A stretch of DNA of 64,000 nt, from positions 544,001 to 608,000 of the forward strand of contig CAVSCK010000004.1 in the NCBI GenBank assembly GCA_963726455.1, read 5' to 3'. Shown here one piece after another: positions 1 to 9,495 of this stretch; the first letter of the stretch is position 1, and the number at the start of each line of letters is the position of its first letter. The position numbers were made by a program, and so were the translations under genes. Source of the stretch: an uncultured bacterium. GTDB taxonomy: Bacteria > Zixibacteria > MSB-5A5 > CAIYYT01. The notes beneath the pieces are model-generated. The model ran no database searches. It saw nothing but the letters and a program-made list of their open reading frames with translations, and was not told the origin of the DNA.

Positions 1-1044
1 AAGGAGTCGCGGCCTCAGCTAGCCGAGGTCTATCGCCGACTTGCCGCCGTCGAAGAAAAACACGCTACCGTCTGGGAAGGCAAACTCAAAGCCGCTGGGG
101 CGGAACCCCCGAAACCACGGCGACGCTGGCGAGCACGCTTGCTGACGGTTGTCGCCAAATACTTCGGCTCACAATCGGTGTTGCCTTCGATTACAGCGCT
201 GGAACACGCCGACGGCCAGAGTTATACGACTCAACCCGAGGCAGCCGGAACCGACCTGCCCGCACAGGAACAATCTCACGCCAGATTGTTGCGTGTCATC
301 ACCGGCCCACTGCAAGGCGGACTGGAAGGCGGAGCGCTGGCGCAGTTTGAGGGACGACATCGCGCAGCCGGAGGCAACGCATTACGGGCGGCCGTTCTCG
401 GAGCGAACGACGGTTTGACATCGAATCTTAGTTTGATCATGGGAGTTGCCGGCGCCAACCTCGCGGAGAACACTATCATCCTCACCGGTTTCGCCGGATT
501 GTTGGCGGGCGCAATATCGATGGCGCTTGGTGAGTGGTTGTCGGTACAGAGTTCGCGCGAGTTATATTTGCGACAAATCTCGATCGAAGAACGCGAGCTG
601 GCAGAGGTACCCGATGAGGAGGAAGAGGAACTCGCTTTGATCTATCAGGCGAAAGGCGTGCCTGAGAATGTAGCACGTGAAATGGCTTCGCATCTGATCT
701 CAAATCCCGAAACGGCGTTGTCGACGCTGGCACGCGAGGAACTCGGGATCGATCCGGAGGAATTGGGCGGATCCGCCTGGGAAGCTGCCGGGACGTCGTT
801 CATATTATTTGCGATGGGCGCAATCATTCCAGTGCTGCCGTTTATCCTTTTCAAATCAATGACAGCGGTGGTCGCAAGCATTGCCCTGAGCACCTGCGGC
901 CTGTTCCTGATCGGCGCCGCAGTGACCATGCTTACCGGAAGAGGCGTGATGCGATCCGGATTACGTATGGTGATATTCGGGCTCTCTGCAGCAGCGCTAA
1001 CGTTTACTATTGGACGGTTGATCGGGGTCTCCTTAGCAGGATAA
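1..1044 (+). CDS. VIT1/CCC1 family iron/manganese exporter with N-terminal ferritin/rubrerythrin-like segment (5' end outside window)
   Basis: Frame 1 is open from base 1 (KESRPQLAEVYRRLAAVEEKH, ExxH motif). VIT1 motifs LRAAVLGANDGL, AGAISMALGEWLSV and REELGIDP, followed by C-terminal TM helices. Confidence 0.9.
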   Translation, partial: KESRPQLAEVYRRLAAVEEKHATVWEGKLKAAGAEPPKPRRRWRARLLTVVAKYFGSQSVLPSITALEHADGQSYTTQPEAAGTDLPAQEQSHARLLRVITGPLQGGLEGGALAQFEGRHRAAGGNALRAAVLGANDGLTSNLSLIMGVAGANLAENTIILTGFAGLLAGAISMALGEWLSVQSSRELYLRQISIEERELAEVPDEEEEELALIYQAKGVPENVAREMASHLISNPETALSTLAREELGIDPEELGGSAWEAAGTSFILFAMGAIIPVLPFILFKSMTAVVASIALSTCGLFLIGAAVTMLTGRGVMRSGLRMVIFGLSAAALTFTIGRLIGVSLAG

Positions 1045-1145
1045 CAATCTTAGCTTAACAGTAAGGGTGAGTCGAATAATCTGAGGCAACCGGGCGGTTG
1101 CCTCATTCCACTAACATTTCTATTCACCGCACTTTGGACAATTAC

Positions 1146-1382
1146 TTACTTGTCCGCCCAGATCGGCATGGACCGCATGTAAAAGTCGGCGCGGCGCATC
1201 GCCTTTACGTTGTCCACTTCTGGCATCCACGTCTTCATCCATTCGGCGATTCCTCGTTGTACTTCAGAACGGGGCTTAAGATTGCCTTTCTCATCAGTGC
1301 AGTGCTTACAAAGGTTCTCTGTAACGCCCTTGAACATCGGGTTGTCAAGCGGCGCGGCACAGGAATGACACATCATGGGCAT
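1146..1382 (-). CDS. small zinc-ribbon protein (Zn_ribbon_2-like)
   Basis: CHSC...LCKHC pairs and C-terminal 'MRSMPIW'; GGAG RBS upstream on the minus strand. Confidence 0.75.
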   Translation of the reverse strand: MPMMCHSCAAPLDNPMFKGVTENLCKHCTDEKGNLKPRSEVQRGIAEWMKTWMPEVDNVKAMRRADFYMRSMPIWADK

Positions 1383-1424
1383 GGATCTCTCCTTAACATA
1401 CCAGCAACTATGCTACGGAGCGTG

Positions 1425-2246
1425 TCAGCGTGAAAGTTTGACAGCTTTTACAGAAAATGTTAACGGAATGGTCTGTTTGTTTCCCGGCAATCGCCACCAG
1501 CCGTCGGCGCCGCGCTCCATAAATGGAAACTGATCCTCAACCATGTAGGGAAACTCGTGGAGAAACTCTATTGTGAGTCCGGCGGCGATCAGAGCGTTTA
1601 CGATCTCACTCATGCTGTGTGTCCATTCGAAAGATGGGTGCGTAATGTTCGCGTCCTTGTCGGCGTAACATCCGTCCGGTTCCCATCTCGTCGGAACTGT
1701 CCGCGGAAAATAATCGAAAGATACTTTGAGATCGGTGGTCGTGCGTTCGTTCTCAAATACGTGAGTGAACGGATGAGATTCTACAATATACAAAAACCCA
1801 CCCGGTTTGAGGAAGCGAGCGACTATCCTCGCCCATTCAGGAACGTCACGCAGCCAGCAGAGGAAACCGTACGACGAAAACACGACATCAAATTGATCGT
1901 TGAGCTTTCCGGGCAAATCGTAGACGTCACTCAGGATAAACCGCGCCGGTATTTTCAATTCTTCACTAAGTGAGCGTGCCAGCGTGATGGCCTTCTCGGA
2001 AAAGTCAACGCCGGTCACGGATGCACCGAGTCGGGCGAAGGAAATGGTGTCCATCCCGAAGTGACACTGCAAATGCAGTATTGATTTGCCGGAGACATCT
2101 CCCAGCTCGTTTAGTTCAATCGATTTTAGCGTCGACTTCCCCACTTTGAAACCGGGCATGTCATACGATGCGGAATTGGAAGTGAACTGCGTCAGCTCAT
2201 TCCAGAGATCGAGATTGGCTTTGGTGTATTCATCCAAGTTGGTCAA
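1425..2246 (-). CDS. class I SAM-dependent methyltransferase
   Basis: ILHLQCHFGMDT motif I variant, VTGVDFSE, FDVVFSS, LKPGG. Confidence 0.9.
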   Translation of the reverse strand: MTNLDEYTKANLDLWNELTQFTSNSASYDMPGFKVGKSTLKSIELNELGDVSGKSILHLQCHFGMDTISFARLGASVTGVDFSEKAITLARSLSEELKIPARFILSDVYDLPGKLNDQFDVVFSSYGFLCWLRDVPEWARIVARFLKPGGFLYIVESHPFTHVFENERTTTDLKVSFDYFPRTVPTRWEPDGCYADKDANITHPSFEWTHSMSEIVNALIAAGLTIEFLHEFPYMVEDQFPFMERGADGWWRLPGNKQTIPLTFSVKAVKLSR

Positions 2247-2415
2247 TCCTTCAGGTGACTGCCTCTACGGATGAAACTTATGTTGAGTCAATTTGTCAAC
2301 AAGATTATCGAGCGTATTATCGCATCACTCCCGGGAAATCAGAGTGCAATACCGCAACTCTGGAGCCGTGGCGCCGTAATCACGACTGTAACTACGAATC
2401 ACTCTGGAGGACGAA

Positions 2416-3117
2416 ATGAAAGCAAGCACTCTAACCATTTGCGTCATGTTGTGGGCACTCCTGTCGGCCCCGATCGTCGAACCGACTCTGGCAGCCGGTC
2501 ACCGGCACGGCATGACGTTGAAGGGAGGGACGGAAATGACCAAGGGTTCAGGCCAGCTCACCACGGAGCAAAGGGAAGTAGCGCCATTCACCCGGATCGA
2601 GTCCAATGTCAGCGCTGACATCGAGGTCGTCATCGGCAAACCGCAACGCGTCGATTTGACATTCGACGATAATCTGCTGGAGTTCATCTCGACGAAAGTA
2701 GAAGGCAAAACGCTGGTGATCGAATCTGAGCATTCGTTTTCGTCGCTGGAGGGTTGTCAGCTCAAAATCGTCGTCCCGCAACTTGACGCCGCCGTGATCG
2801 GCGGATCGGGCAATATCACTGTCGAAGGCCTGGATGCAAATCGATTTGCCGTTGAGATCAACGGTTCGGGTGGCGTCTCCGCGAGCGGGAAGGCATCAGA
2901 ACTCTCAATCGAGGTCAATGGCTCAGGCAATGTCGAGGCCCAGGAACTGACCGCCAGTGAAGCATCGGTCGAAATCAACGGCTCGGGCAACGTCGGCGTG
3001 ATGGCGCGCGATTACTTGACCGCCACGATCAATGGCAGCGGCGACATTACCTACACCGGTAACCCGGGGCAGGTATCCAAGAGTGTCGCCGGTTCGGGAA
3101 GGATCAGGAAAAGATAG
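2416..3117 (+). CDS. secreted GIN/DUF2807 (adhesin head-like) beta-helix protein
   Basis: Signal peptide, repeated 'INGSGNV/ISGSG' units, terminal 'YTGNP..VSKSVAGSGRIRK'; GGAGG RBS. Confidence 0.85.
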   Translation: MKASTLTICVMLWALLSAPIVEPTLAAGHRHGMTLKGGTEMTKGSGQLTTEQREVAPFTRIESNVSADIEVVIGKPQRVDLTFDDNLLEFISTKVEGKTLVIESEHSFSSLEGCQLKIVVPQLDAAVIGGSGNITVEGLDANRFAVEINGSGGVSASGKASELSIEVNGSGNVEAQELTASEASVEINGSGNVGVMARDYLTATINGSGDITYTGNPGQVSKSVAGSGRIRKR

Positions 3118-3125
3118 ACTAAATC

Positions 3126-3314
3126 TCACCAGATGACGTCGCTGGTCCATTCGGTGCTGTGCTGTTTGATAATGTCTGACGTTTCCTTGTCGTCAATTTC
3201 CAGGCACCGTGGACAGATCTTATTCGTGAGCCGCGCCGAATAGCAGTTGTCGTCGCACGACCATACGTCTTCGCAGTATGGACACAGGTGGTGGTGTCGC
3301 TCTTCTAGTGTCAT
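3126..3314 (-). CDS. small Cys-rich, putative metal-binding protein (62 aa)
   Basis: HHHLCPYC...WSCDDNC...ICPRC; GAAAGG RBS-like sequence upstream. Confidence 0.5.
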   Translation of the reverse strand: MTLEERHHHLCPYCEDVWSCDDNCYSARLTNKICPRCLEIDDKETSDIIKQHSTEWTSDVIW

Positions 3315-3365
3315 AATCCATACCTTTCTCTAGGGCAAACCGCATACGGGCCTGCCATAAACTTA

Positions 3366-3461
3366 GGTCAGGCGCCCTGTCTCGCCGTTCTCTCTGCCCG
3401 AAAGCAGATTTGGACCTTTAGCGCTTACTCCCCCGTAAGACGGCGAATCTGAGCCCTGACC
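3366..3461 (-). ncRNA. candidate structured cis-regulatory RNA, family not identified
   Basis: Nested stems on the minus strand: GGUCAGG/CCUGACC, GCUC/GGGC, UCGCCGU/ACGGCGA, enclosing hairpins CUUAC-GGGGGA-GUAAG and UCUGCU-UUCG-GGCAGA. Confidence 0.35.
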
Positions 3462-3800
3462 GAGATATCTACGTGTGCGCGAGCCGGTTTGTGGGCGCAA
3501 TAAACGTTGAGAAGACTTTCCACGTCCGCAGCGATGGATTAGCAAATACCCATTACTGTCGCGGATTTCTGGGGCCTGTGCAACTCATGCACAGCGTAAA
3601 CAACAAACCACTGACAGGTTCTGACAGTGACTTTGCCGAAGAAAAACAAGAACAGCGGCAACCGGTAGGTTCGTTTTTTCGCAGGGTTGGCGTCGAACAC
3701 AGGAATCGCGTCTGTCTGAACTACACCGTCAGGCACAATAGCAACAGCGGACAGATGTCGGCCCGGCGAACCAGATGCCGTCACAGAAAGCGGGGTTATC

Positions 3801-4646
3801 GTGCGAACGGTTTTGTTGCAGCATGTCACTGAGCATTGCGAAGAATTGAAAGAGATTCTTGAGAAGTACGACATGGAAGTCATCATCGGTACTTCGTGTC
3901 GGAAAACTATGACGAGAGCGGAAGTCGACGGAGAACTCGATCTCGTAATTTGCGACGTCGGCATTCCTGACTGCGGCGCCATGCACTTGCTTCAGTGTAT
4001 CCGATCCGCGCCTCAATTCCGATGGCTCCCCGTGATCGTGACCGGAGATGAATTCCAGAAAGAAATCATGGGGGAGTGTATCGCGCAGGGCGCCTGTGAT
4101 TCGGCGGTATTGCCGGCGCCGGAGTCGGCGTTCATGGCGAAAGTGACCCGGGCGCTGGCTTTGGGAAAGCGGACGATCCTGCTGGTCACGTGCGAACCGT
4201 CGATAGCGGAATCGCTTGGCAGCTCGCTGCAAATGGATCGTTTCCGAATACTGATAGCCGGTTCCGCCGGCGAAGCGCTGGAAATGCTGCGTACCGAGCG
4301 AGTGCAGGTGATTGTGACCGATATCGTATTGCCGGGAATGTTCGGCCTCAACCTACCGACGACGCCACAGGAGTATTCCGAAACGATTCCCGTGATATTG
4401 ATCACCGGACAGGATGCTTCGTCCCAACTGTACGAGTCTTTGACACACGGAATCGGAAGTTACCTGGCAATCTCCGGCGATGACTTGCCCACCGTCTGCG
4501 CCCTAAACAGAGCGGCCAACCGGGGAGCGGAATCGATGCGGAATTTCGCTCATCACGTTGTAACGCACATGTGGTCTCCGTATCGCGACAAGAGAAGCGG
4601 CGAGATTCAGCCGCAAGTGTCTAGCGATCTCAGGTGCCGAAGGTGA
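3801..4646 (+). CDS. tandem receiver-domain protein (degenerate response regulator)
   Basis: Two REC-like segments (DLVICDVGIPD..PVIVTG; VIVTDIVLPGM..PVILITG). The conserved Lys of the K-P motif is not evident. Confidence 0.7.
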   Translation: MRTVLLQHVTEHCEELKEILEKYDMEVIIGTSCRKTMTRAEVDGELDLVICDVGIPDCGAMHLLQCIRSAPQFRWLPVIVTGDEFQKEIMGECIAQGACDSAVLPAPESAFMAKVTRALALGKRTILLVTCEPSIAESLGSSLQMDRFRILIAGSAGEALEMLRTERVQVIVTDIVLPGMFGLNLPTTPQEYSETIPVILITGQDASSQLYESLTHGIGSYLAISGDDLPTVCALNRAANRGAESMRNFAHHVVTHMWSPYRDKRSGEIQPQVSSDLRCRR

Positions 4647-4699
4647 ACAGACCTCTTCGCAGTTACGAGTGCCGGAATGCGCGCCGAGAACGTAGCGGA

Positions 4700-5725
4700 T
4701 TAATCGGTGCCGTTGACATGGCACTTGTAACAGAGCTTTCTTTGAAGGGGATCGGCGTAAGGGTTGGGAATCGGGTAGGAGCCAGATACAACACCGTCGT
4801 TGGCCAATAACGAAACATTGAAATCCCAGCGTCCGGCATGCGGCGCCGAAGTTGCGTGCGCACGATGGCAGGTCAGGCACATGACTTTGCTGGAAGAAGT
4901 CGGACCTGTCGTCGATGTCGTCGTGACTGCCGCGTCCTCAAACGGCAAAGCCGCCAGATACGCCGTCGCGTGTGTCCCCGAAGTGGGATTACTGGTGCCA
5001 TTGTAACGATCGTACTGCTGAATGATGCTGCCATCCAGGTTCTCGCCTGCGGGATGTTCGAACCGGCTGTTGTGTGACGACTCATGGAAGTTGCCGTGAC
5101 AATTGCCGCACCATTCGCTGATGCCGCTCTGGTAGGCCGTGTGGTTGCTGTTCGTCTCGGCTGGTCCATCGAGCGCGATTCCTTGTGCAATCGGTGCGGG
5201 CGCTGTGAAGGTGTACAGTCCTCCCTGGACGGGGCCGGCGCCGTTAAGAATTCGGAAGCTCTTCTTTTCATGCGGGTTGTGGCAACTGGTACAGGCCATC
5301 TGATTCGACGGAAACGTTCCACCCGGCGCGACCGCATAGGTGGCGTCAGGTGCCAGGCCATAGGCAGGCGCGTTGAGATTGTGGCCGGCGGCACTGCCGG
5401 GAATCGGATTGGTCGCCCCGTTGGCGGCATCGTTGAGGTTAGATGACAACAGGAAGACGAAGTTGCCGGCTCCCAATTCAGGTGGTGGCGCCAATGGATT
5501 GGTACCTAGAACGGCCCCGAATCTCGTGGCATGGCAAGACAGGCAGAGGTCGGTCGCCGATCCGAACCGCAGCAGGTAAACGTTGCCGTTCGGATTTGCC
5601 GGATCGACCGGCTGGCCATTCTGGCTGTTATGGATCGTATGGCAATCGGTACACTGGTCGTGCACTGCCAGAGCCGTACCAGTGAGAAGGTATATGAGAA
5701 TGGGGATAAGAGTTAGATATCGCAT
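4700..5725 (-). CDS. secreted hexaheme c-type cytochrome, OmcS-like
   Basis: Signal peptide MRYLTLIP...ALA; six CxxCH motifs (CTDCH, CLSCH, CTSCH, CGNCH, CLTCH, CYKCH); inter-heme blocks resemble OmcS as recalled. Confidence 0.9.
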   Translation of the reverse strand: MRYLTLIPILIYLLTGTALAVHDQCTDCHTIHNSQNGQPVDPANPNGNVYLLRFGSATDLCLSCHATRFGAVLGTNPLAPPPELGAGNFVFLLSSNLNDAANGATNPIPGSAAGHNLNAPAYGLAPDATYAVAPGGTFPSNQMACTSCHNPHEKKSFRILNGAGPVQGGLYTFTAPAPIAQGIALDGPAETNSNHTAYQSGISEWCGNCHGNFHESSHNSRFEHPAGENLDGSIIQQYDRYNGTSNPTSGTHATAYLAALPFEDAAVTTTSTTGPTSSSKVMCLTCHRAHATSAPHAGRWDFNVSLLANDGVVSGSYPIPNPYADPLQRKLCYKCHVNGTD

Positions 5726-6145
5726 CCGAATCCAATAGTCGTCGTTCCAGTGGTAAAAGAGCCGTATTCGACAGGGCAAGGAGACTTCATGGGTAGAATA
5801 TCATCCAAACTGCTGAATTGTCAAGCACTTGCCGACAGTTTTGACCTCATTTTAAGAGGATCGGCTTAGTCGGCAAAACCTTTATCTCCTATTCTCTTAC
5901 AACGACTAAGCCCCTCGCGTTGCTTAATCGAGAGGAGCGCTATTTCGTGCTGAGGCCAAGAAACAATCGGGATTAGCGGATTTATTTGCTCGGTGGCGTT
6001 AGGACGACTTCGCCGCGAACGTGACGAGACTGGCTCATTTCATGGGGAGGCGCAGATCGGATGCAATGATCCGACCAACAGGCCATTGCGCGAGCTAGTT
6101 GAACCCGATGAAAACAGGTGCGCTCTTAGCCCGGCGAATGCCGCC

Positions 6146-6703
6146 CTACGATTCTATTCTTCCGGCAAGCCGGAGCAGTGCCACAAGCTTAGTGAGGACT
6201 TCGTTAATCTCGTCAGCGGCGAGGGATCCGTGGTGATGAATCTCCCTGGCGATCAGTATCCCCTTGTGGTGCACTCTCAGGTAGACGAACGGCTCCAGAC
6301 TGGTGATCAATTGCTGGACGTCCTGGTCTTTCAGAATTGTTGCGTGATCCTGAAATAGCAAATCGGTGGTGAACCGGCGGTCAAATTCGGTAGAGCCAGA
6401 CACCGCTCTTTTGCCCAGGCCGAGATGCCACAGCAGGCGGTCGGAGATACCGGCGGGCCAGATTTCGAAATAGGAAGGCATGCTACCGAGAACATGGATG
6501 TGCAGTTTGTGCTCGGTGAGAAGTTCAATCTCGATCGGGACGCCCTGAAAGGTGCTGCGCAAAATGGGGCAGGGATGCATCATCGTATCTCTGTCGCCCG
6601 ACGAATCCTCCGCAGGCCAGACTATTTCGCCGTCGAAACGTTGCTGGAATTCCTCAAGCAGTTTTTCCAGCGGCTGCATCCAGTGCGGCTTTGTGGAAAT
6701 CAT
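6146..6703 (-). CDS. hypothetical protein, paralog of 8267..8818
   Basis: Shares LHIH..MP..FEI.P.GI.DRL...G.G...SG..EFDR.F.T with the ORF at 8267; GGAGG RBS. Confidence 0.7.
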   Translation of the reverse strand: MISTKPHWMQPLEKLLEEFQQRFDGEIVWPAEDSSGDRDTMMHPCPILRSTFQGVPIEIELLTEHKLHIHVLGSMPSYFEIWPAGISDRLLWHLGLGKRAVSGSTEFDRRFTTDLLFQDHATILKDQDVQQLITSLEPFVYLRVHHKGILIAREIHHHGSLAADEINEVLTKLVALLRLAGRIES

Positions 6704-6783
6704 AACTACCCTCCTTCAAGCAGATGCTTCCAGCATGAATACGAGGGCCAGGATGTCGAAGTTGCGGGGAAATGGGATGTGCC

Positions 6784-6936
6784 GTCAGGTCACACGCCGC
6801 GAGGTCATGTGCTACACGATGACGGAGGTAACACCGCGGCGCAGGACCTGACGGAACCCTGCTTCCGTCGGTCTTGTTGTGTCAGGTCCTGCGGCGGGTG
6901 GTGTATGGAAATGGTGGGGAAGCCGTGTGACCTGAC
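6784..6936. repeat. inverted pair of REP-like elements (GTCAGGTCACAC...GCAGGACCTGAC family)
   Basis: Unit at 6784-6852 and inverted unit at 6881-6936; the same termini recur at 11847-11887. Confidence 0.7.
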
Positions 6937-7014
6937 ACCCGTAAAAGACCTCCCGAATTGTGACGACCGGACGTTGGTCGTTTGCGTAGCATTTGGTAAG
7001 AAAGGAGACTGAGT

Positions 7015-7473
7015 ATGACGGAAGTCGAAAGAATAGTCGATCAGATAACGCGCGGTTTCCATAAGGACGCGTGGCACGGGCTATCGGTGTCGGAGACGCT
7101 GGAGGGCGTGACCGCTGAGCAGGCGGCGAAACGTCCGATTGCCGCTGCGCATACGATCTGGGAACTTGTGCATCATGTGACGGCATGGAACAATATCGTC
7201 AATCGACGGCTGCACGGGGATGCATCGACACCCACAGATGAAGATGATTGGCCACCGGTGAAGGACACCAGCGCCGCCGCCTGGGACGCCGATTTGCGTG
7301 CGCTCAAAGCCGCTCATGATGACTTGACGAAAGTGGTCAAGGCAATGACCGATGCGCAATTGACCCCGCCGCTACCCGGCCGCGACACGAGCGCCTATTT
7401 CCAGTTGATGGGCGTGCTCCAGCATGACGCGTATCACACGGGGCAGATTGTGATGCTGAAGAAGATGATGTAG
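7015..7473 (+). CDS. DinB/YfiT family metal-binding four-helix protein
   Basis: AWHG, HTIWELVHH and QHDAYHTGQI motifs; AAGGAG RBS. Confidence 0.9.
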   Translation: MTEVERIVDQITRGFHKDAWHGLSVSETLEGVTAEQAAKRPIAAAHTIWELVHHVTAWNNIVNRRLHGDASTPTDEDDWPPVKDTSAAAWDADLRALKAAHDDLTKVVKAMTDAQLTPPLPGRDTSAYFQLMGVLQHDAYHTGQIVMLKKMM

Positions 7474-7554
7474 AGGGGATGGAAGCTGTCAGTACTGAAG
7501 TGATAATAATCTACGAAGAACGTGAGCGCCGACTTAAGCCAAGCGAGCAATTTG

Positions 7555-7582
7555 CCTGGATTCCCGCCTTCGCGGGAATGAC
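7555..7582. repeat. solo palindromic REP/dRS3-like repeat (GGATTCCC-N8-GGGAATGAC)
   Basis: cctggattcccgccttcgcgggaatgac. Confidence 0.85.
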
Positions 7583-7721
7583 ACCGCCGGCTGAGTTCTT
7601 GTCTTTCATAAAATGAGACCATTAGTCGAGCGTTTCATTTGCTCGAACAACGAATTGCTTCCTTTGGCAGTGCCAACTGACGGCCTGACCGTACGTGATA
7701 TGCCCGCCTTGGCCTGTGGCT

Positions 7722-8073
7722 GTCATTCCCACGAAAGTGGGAATCCAGGCTTATTTGTAGGATGGTGACAAATCTTTCCAAGTCGGATTGAAGTTCTCGA
7801 TGAGTTTCAGTTTCCACTGGCGATTCCATTTCTTCAGTTGCTTCTCCCGCACAATTGCCTGATAGGCATCTTCGCAAGTCTCATAGTAAACGAGCAAGTG
7901 TGCCTGATACTTCTTGGTGAAGCCGTCGATGAGATCGTTCTTGTGTTCATAGACGCGGCGATTCAGGTCGCTGGTGACGCCGATATAGAGTGTGCCGTTA
8001 CGTCTGCTGGCCATGATGTAGACGAAATATTGTTTCATTAGTCAGCCTGGATTCCCACTTTCGTGGGAATGAC
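7722..8073 (-). mobile_element. GIY-YIG mini-element copy 1 bounded by 28-bp perfect inverted palindromic repeats
   Basis: 7722-7749 gtcattcccacgaaagtgggaatccagg; 8046-8073 is its exact reverse complement; a near-identical unit lies at 10054-10405. Confidence 0.7.
7751..8038 (-). CDS. small GIY-YIG nuclease (UPF0213/YhbQ-like), copy 1
   Basis: [41 protein letters not shown]. Confidence 0.95.
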   Translation of the reverse strand: MKQYFVYIMASRRNGTLYIGVTSDLNRRVYEHKNDLIDGFTKKYQAHLLVYYETCEDAYQAIVREKQLKKWNRQWKLKLIENFNPTWKDLSPSYK

Positions 8074-8266
8074 AACTTTAAGTCGCCGACATTATCGATA
8101 AGGAACGATAGGATGGCAATACCCTTTTGCCTTATCGCATCACGAAGTATGCCGGGATTCTCGCTGCCGATTTTGACGGAGAGATTCCAGTTGAGTGAGC
8201 GTTGAGAAACAGATTTCAGTCGCACTACGGCCAACCTCTCGGAGGTCGACGTACTGAGCCCTAAGA

Positions 8267-8818
8267 TCAACCGGCGTGGCGGGCGGCGATGGCGAGAAGG
8301 GAAATCAGCTTGGTGATGACTTCACCGATGGCATCGGCGGTGATGTATTCCTCGTGTTCGCAGTCACGTTCCAGCATGACGCCGCCCCGATTCACCTTGA
8401 TGCACGCGAACGGTGCGAGTGATCGGATCAGATGATAGACCTCGGGGAGTTGGAGAAATCGCGATTTGTCGACAGCGTCGGTGTTGGTGGCGAAATGACG
8501 GTCGAACTCACGATTTCCCGATTTGACTGCGCCGCCCATGCCGAACAAACCAAACAACCGATCCGCAATTCCTTTGGGATGTATCTCGAACTCGGCCGGC
8601 ATCGGGCAAGAGTAAGCGTGAATGTGCAGCCGGTTGCCGGACATCGGCTCGACGCGAACCTTGGTGCCCTGAATTGTCGATTCGTAGGCAGGATATACCG
8701 TTTCCCAGGATTCGACGCCGATTGATTCCGTGTTATCATTCGGCAAGGTGATCTTGCCTCCGTGCCGCGCTTGAAGTTGCTGCAGGAGATTGTCGAAGGT
8801 GAGGTGGTAGGTGGTCAT
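8267..8818 (-). CDS. hypothetical protein, paralog of 6146..6703
   Basis: Shares motifs with the ORF at 6146; 4-bp overlap with the upstream gene. Confidence 0.7.
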   Translation of the reverse strand: MTTYHLTFDNLLQQLQARHGGKITLPNDNTESIGVESWETVYPAYESTIQGTKVRVEPMSGNRLHIHAYSCPMPAEFEIHPKGIADRLFGLFGMGGAVKSGNREFDRHFATNTDAVDKSRFLQLPEVYHLIRSLAPFACIKVNRGGVMLERDCEHEEYITADAIGEVITKLISLLAIAARHAG

Positions 8819-9495
8819 GGTGCGCTCACTTGCTGCGAGGCGCGTTCAGGCGGAAACTCGTCGGGGAAAGTTGCGCGGACACGTTGTGAACTATGCAAGT
8901 AGAGCAGGAGCAATAGTACTGGTGTCACAAACCACGCCAGTCCAAAGAAGAAGCTAAATATGGTAAACCCGAGAGAAGATTGTGAATGTGCGCCTGCGTT
9001 GAGGATTCGGACGAACAGAATATCCTCAACGATGGCATAGACGACGGCAAGGTGTAGAAATCTTCTGGCCTTGTGCACGGCGAGCGGCTGCATTCTCCAG
9101 AGACGGTAACCGGCGCGGAAACTTTGTACTCCCCAAAGAAGGAAGACCACTGCCTGAATCGCATGAAGCAAAGTTTCTACCATACGCTCCTGCAAATGCG
9201 GATTGCTCGACGTGTGTGGCAAAACTGCGGACAGGGTCGACACAAGCGCAAACACAAAGCTGAAGAAGGGACCCAGGATGCATAAGAAGAAGCAAACGAA
9301 CGAAAGGGAGCCGCCCATTTGGGTAGGAGCAAAATAGGAGGTATCCGTTGGTACCTCTGACGTAACTTGACTCTCGTCTTCTGGGACCGAGATCGTGGCG
9401 TAACAGTACGGGCACTCAGCATCGCGGCCGGCGAAGCTCTGTTTGAAAGTCAGTTGCTCGCCGCAGGAAGGGCAGGGGAAGTGGAGATCGGTCAT
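8815..9495 (-). CDS. N-terminal zinc-ribbon membrane protein
   Basis: CPSC...CPYC followed by about 4 hydrophobic helices ending in 'YLHSSQRVRATF'; ATGA overlaps with neighbours. Confidence 0.7.
   Translation of the reverse strand: MTDLHFPCPSCGEQLTFKQSFAGRDAECPYCYATISVPEDESQVTSEVPTDTSYFAPTQMGGSLSFVCFFLCILGPFFSFVFALVSTLSAVLPHTSSNPHLQERMVETLLHAIQAVVFLLWGVQSFRAGYRLWRMQPLAVHKARRFLHLAVVYAIVEDILFVRILNAGAHSQSSLGFTIFSFFFGLAWFVTPVLLLLLYLHSSQRVRATFPDEFPPERASQQVSAP

Noticed and set aside
669-684. parS-like site tgtagcacgtgaaatg
   Set aside because: Four mismatches to the consensus, inside a CDS, single copy, and no parB in the window.
3340-3461. Known riboswitch (yybP-ykoY, c-di-GMP-I or Moco)
   Set aside because: Fragments match (GGGGAGUA...GGCGAGAC; CCUAAG..UAUGG), but the required core elements and pairings are missing.
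5863-5912. 10-bp inverted repeat ggcttagtcg/cgactaagcc upstream of the cytochrome gene
   Set aside because: Single occurrence with a 30-nt loop; cannot be distinguished from chance or a weak terminator.
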